The notes under the pieces are model-generated. The model saw nothing but the letters and a program-made list of their open reading frames with translations. It did not search any database and was not told the DNA's origin. 64,000 nt of DNA from Scyliorhinus canicula (lineage: Eukaryota), in assembly GCF_902713615.1 (NCBI RefSeq), contig NW_024055492.1, forward strand, positions 186,001 through 250,000, read 5' to 3'. Of the stretch, positions 63,001 through 64,000 are shown in pieces. The position numbers and the translations under genes were made by a program. Within the stretch, counting starts at the first letter, position 1. Each line of letters opens with the position of its first letter.

Positions 63001-64000
63001 TTTTATGTTTGTGTGTGACGGCTGACCGTCAATATTAATAAAATTCTACTGTAAGTTTCATGTTTGCTTTTAAAGTGTCCATACTCTGCTGTGGATTTCT
63101 TCCCGTTCTTAATCCTTAGGAATCATCAACCGTAAAAGACCAGAACAATTCTCAGAGAAGGTTTCCATAGAGACCAATTTAATATTTTTCCCTCGTGAGT
63201 GGCAGAAAATTCGATTTCACCCCGCGCCAATGACCTCGTTCTGATGGTGACAGTGAGTGAAGTAAACTTAAAAACATCTTCCTGCGCAGGGCCCAGACAG
63301 ACCCTGTCCATCAGTCTCTGCCTCATCAGCCGGCTTACCTCTCTAAAGGAATTTATGGCATTCAGCTGCATTCTTCCATGGTAACATGGAAATATTACAA
63401 TTAATGGTAGATGGGCATTGTGATTAGCAGCAGCAGGTCGAAAGTATCTGTTCTGATTTGGCATAGTTGGAACGCTCTTGCATCTGAAACAGGAGGTCCA
63501 GCTTTTAAATCTAAGTGCCGTGACTTGAGACCAAATAGTCGGTTGCTCCTTCCCCTGCTATTAACAGGAACGTTGATGTGTTTTCAAGCCAAAGCGATAG
63601 AAATTATGTTTGTGGGGTCAGTCTGTGACGTGGAAGGAGTGATGGGAAAAAAACAATGTTGTTGTGGTGCCAATTCCAGAGTTTCTTCAGACCTTCTCAC
63701 TGGACATGCTAACTGTCTACAGCCTAAATAGGAAGCGTAATAGGCAGGCAGCTGAGGGACCTGAACAGAACAATATGGTAAATTACACAAATAGAAATGA
63801 AATGGGGACTGCCCAAAAGGTTTGAGAAAATTATTGTTGGGCAAACAAGTAGAATGAGTGATATTTGGGAGAACAGAACAGAAGGGAGAATTGAGTTTTA
63901 AAGTGAAGGAACTATTTTCTGAGAATTAAGGTAACGATGAGGATCGGAACAATTGTATCCTCATAACCGTTCCTGAATCAGCCCCTCTTCAATGGAGGCA

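Noticed and set aside
63336-63372. Minus-strand ATG…GAG|GTAAG resembling a leader exon (MQLNAINSFRE).
   Set aside because: It is not hydrophobic, has phase 0 rather than phase 1, and has no V exon downstream.
1-64000. Searched for D segments (12/23 RSS-flanked), J segments (12-RSS + FGxG), C exons, NAR-TCR V domains and leaderless supporting V-delta.
   Set aside because: None found. Other CACAGTG/CACTGTG words lie in SINEs, LINEs or the GPCR and lack a nonamer at 12 or 23 bp. About 350 bp is hidden by N gaps, and a manual scan could miss very degenerate segments.

Overview
This is vertebrate genomic DNA, almost certainly from a cartilaginous fish: it is dense in HE1-type tRNA/V-SINEs, CR1-type LINEs and Penelope-like fragments. 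The window is part of a T-cell receptor alpha/delta variable-gene cluster. Three apparently functional V segments each have a split leader exon, an open V exon and a 23-type RSS: V1 at 32402-33438 (minus), V2 at 42255-42713 (plus) and V3 at 62095-62668 (plus). An intact two-exon class A GPCR of the GPR139/GPR142-like type (52977-55930, 332 aa) lies between V2 and V3. I found no D, J or C segment, IgH-like V or NAR-TCR V. The rest is repeats, including a ~4.7 kb tandem duplication (7398-17863), a 25-bp minisatellite, a dispersed 54-bp minisatellite and two Penelope-derived fold-back elements carrying minimal hammerhead ribozyme cores. One of those has a 13-bp target-site duplication and an empty paralogous site inside the window. 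Most ORF-track entries are repeat-derived or spurious. Repeat boundaries were read by eye and are approximate; V, RSS, GPCR, TSD and hammerhead coordinates were counted base by base.
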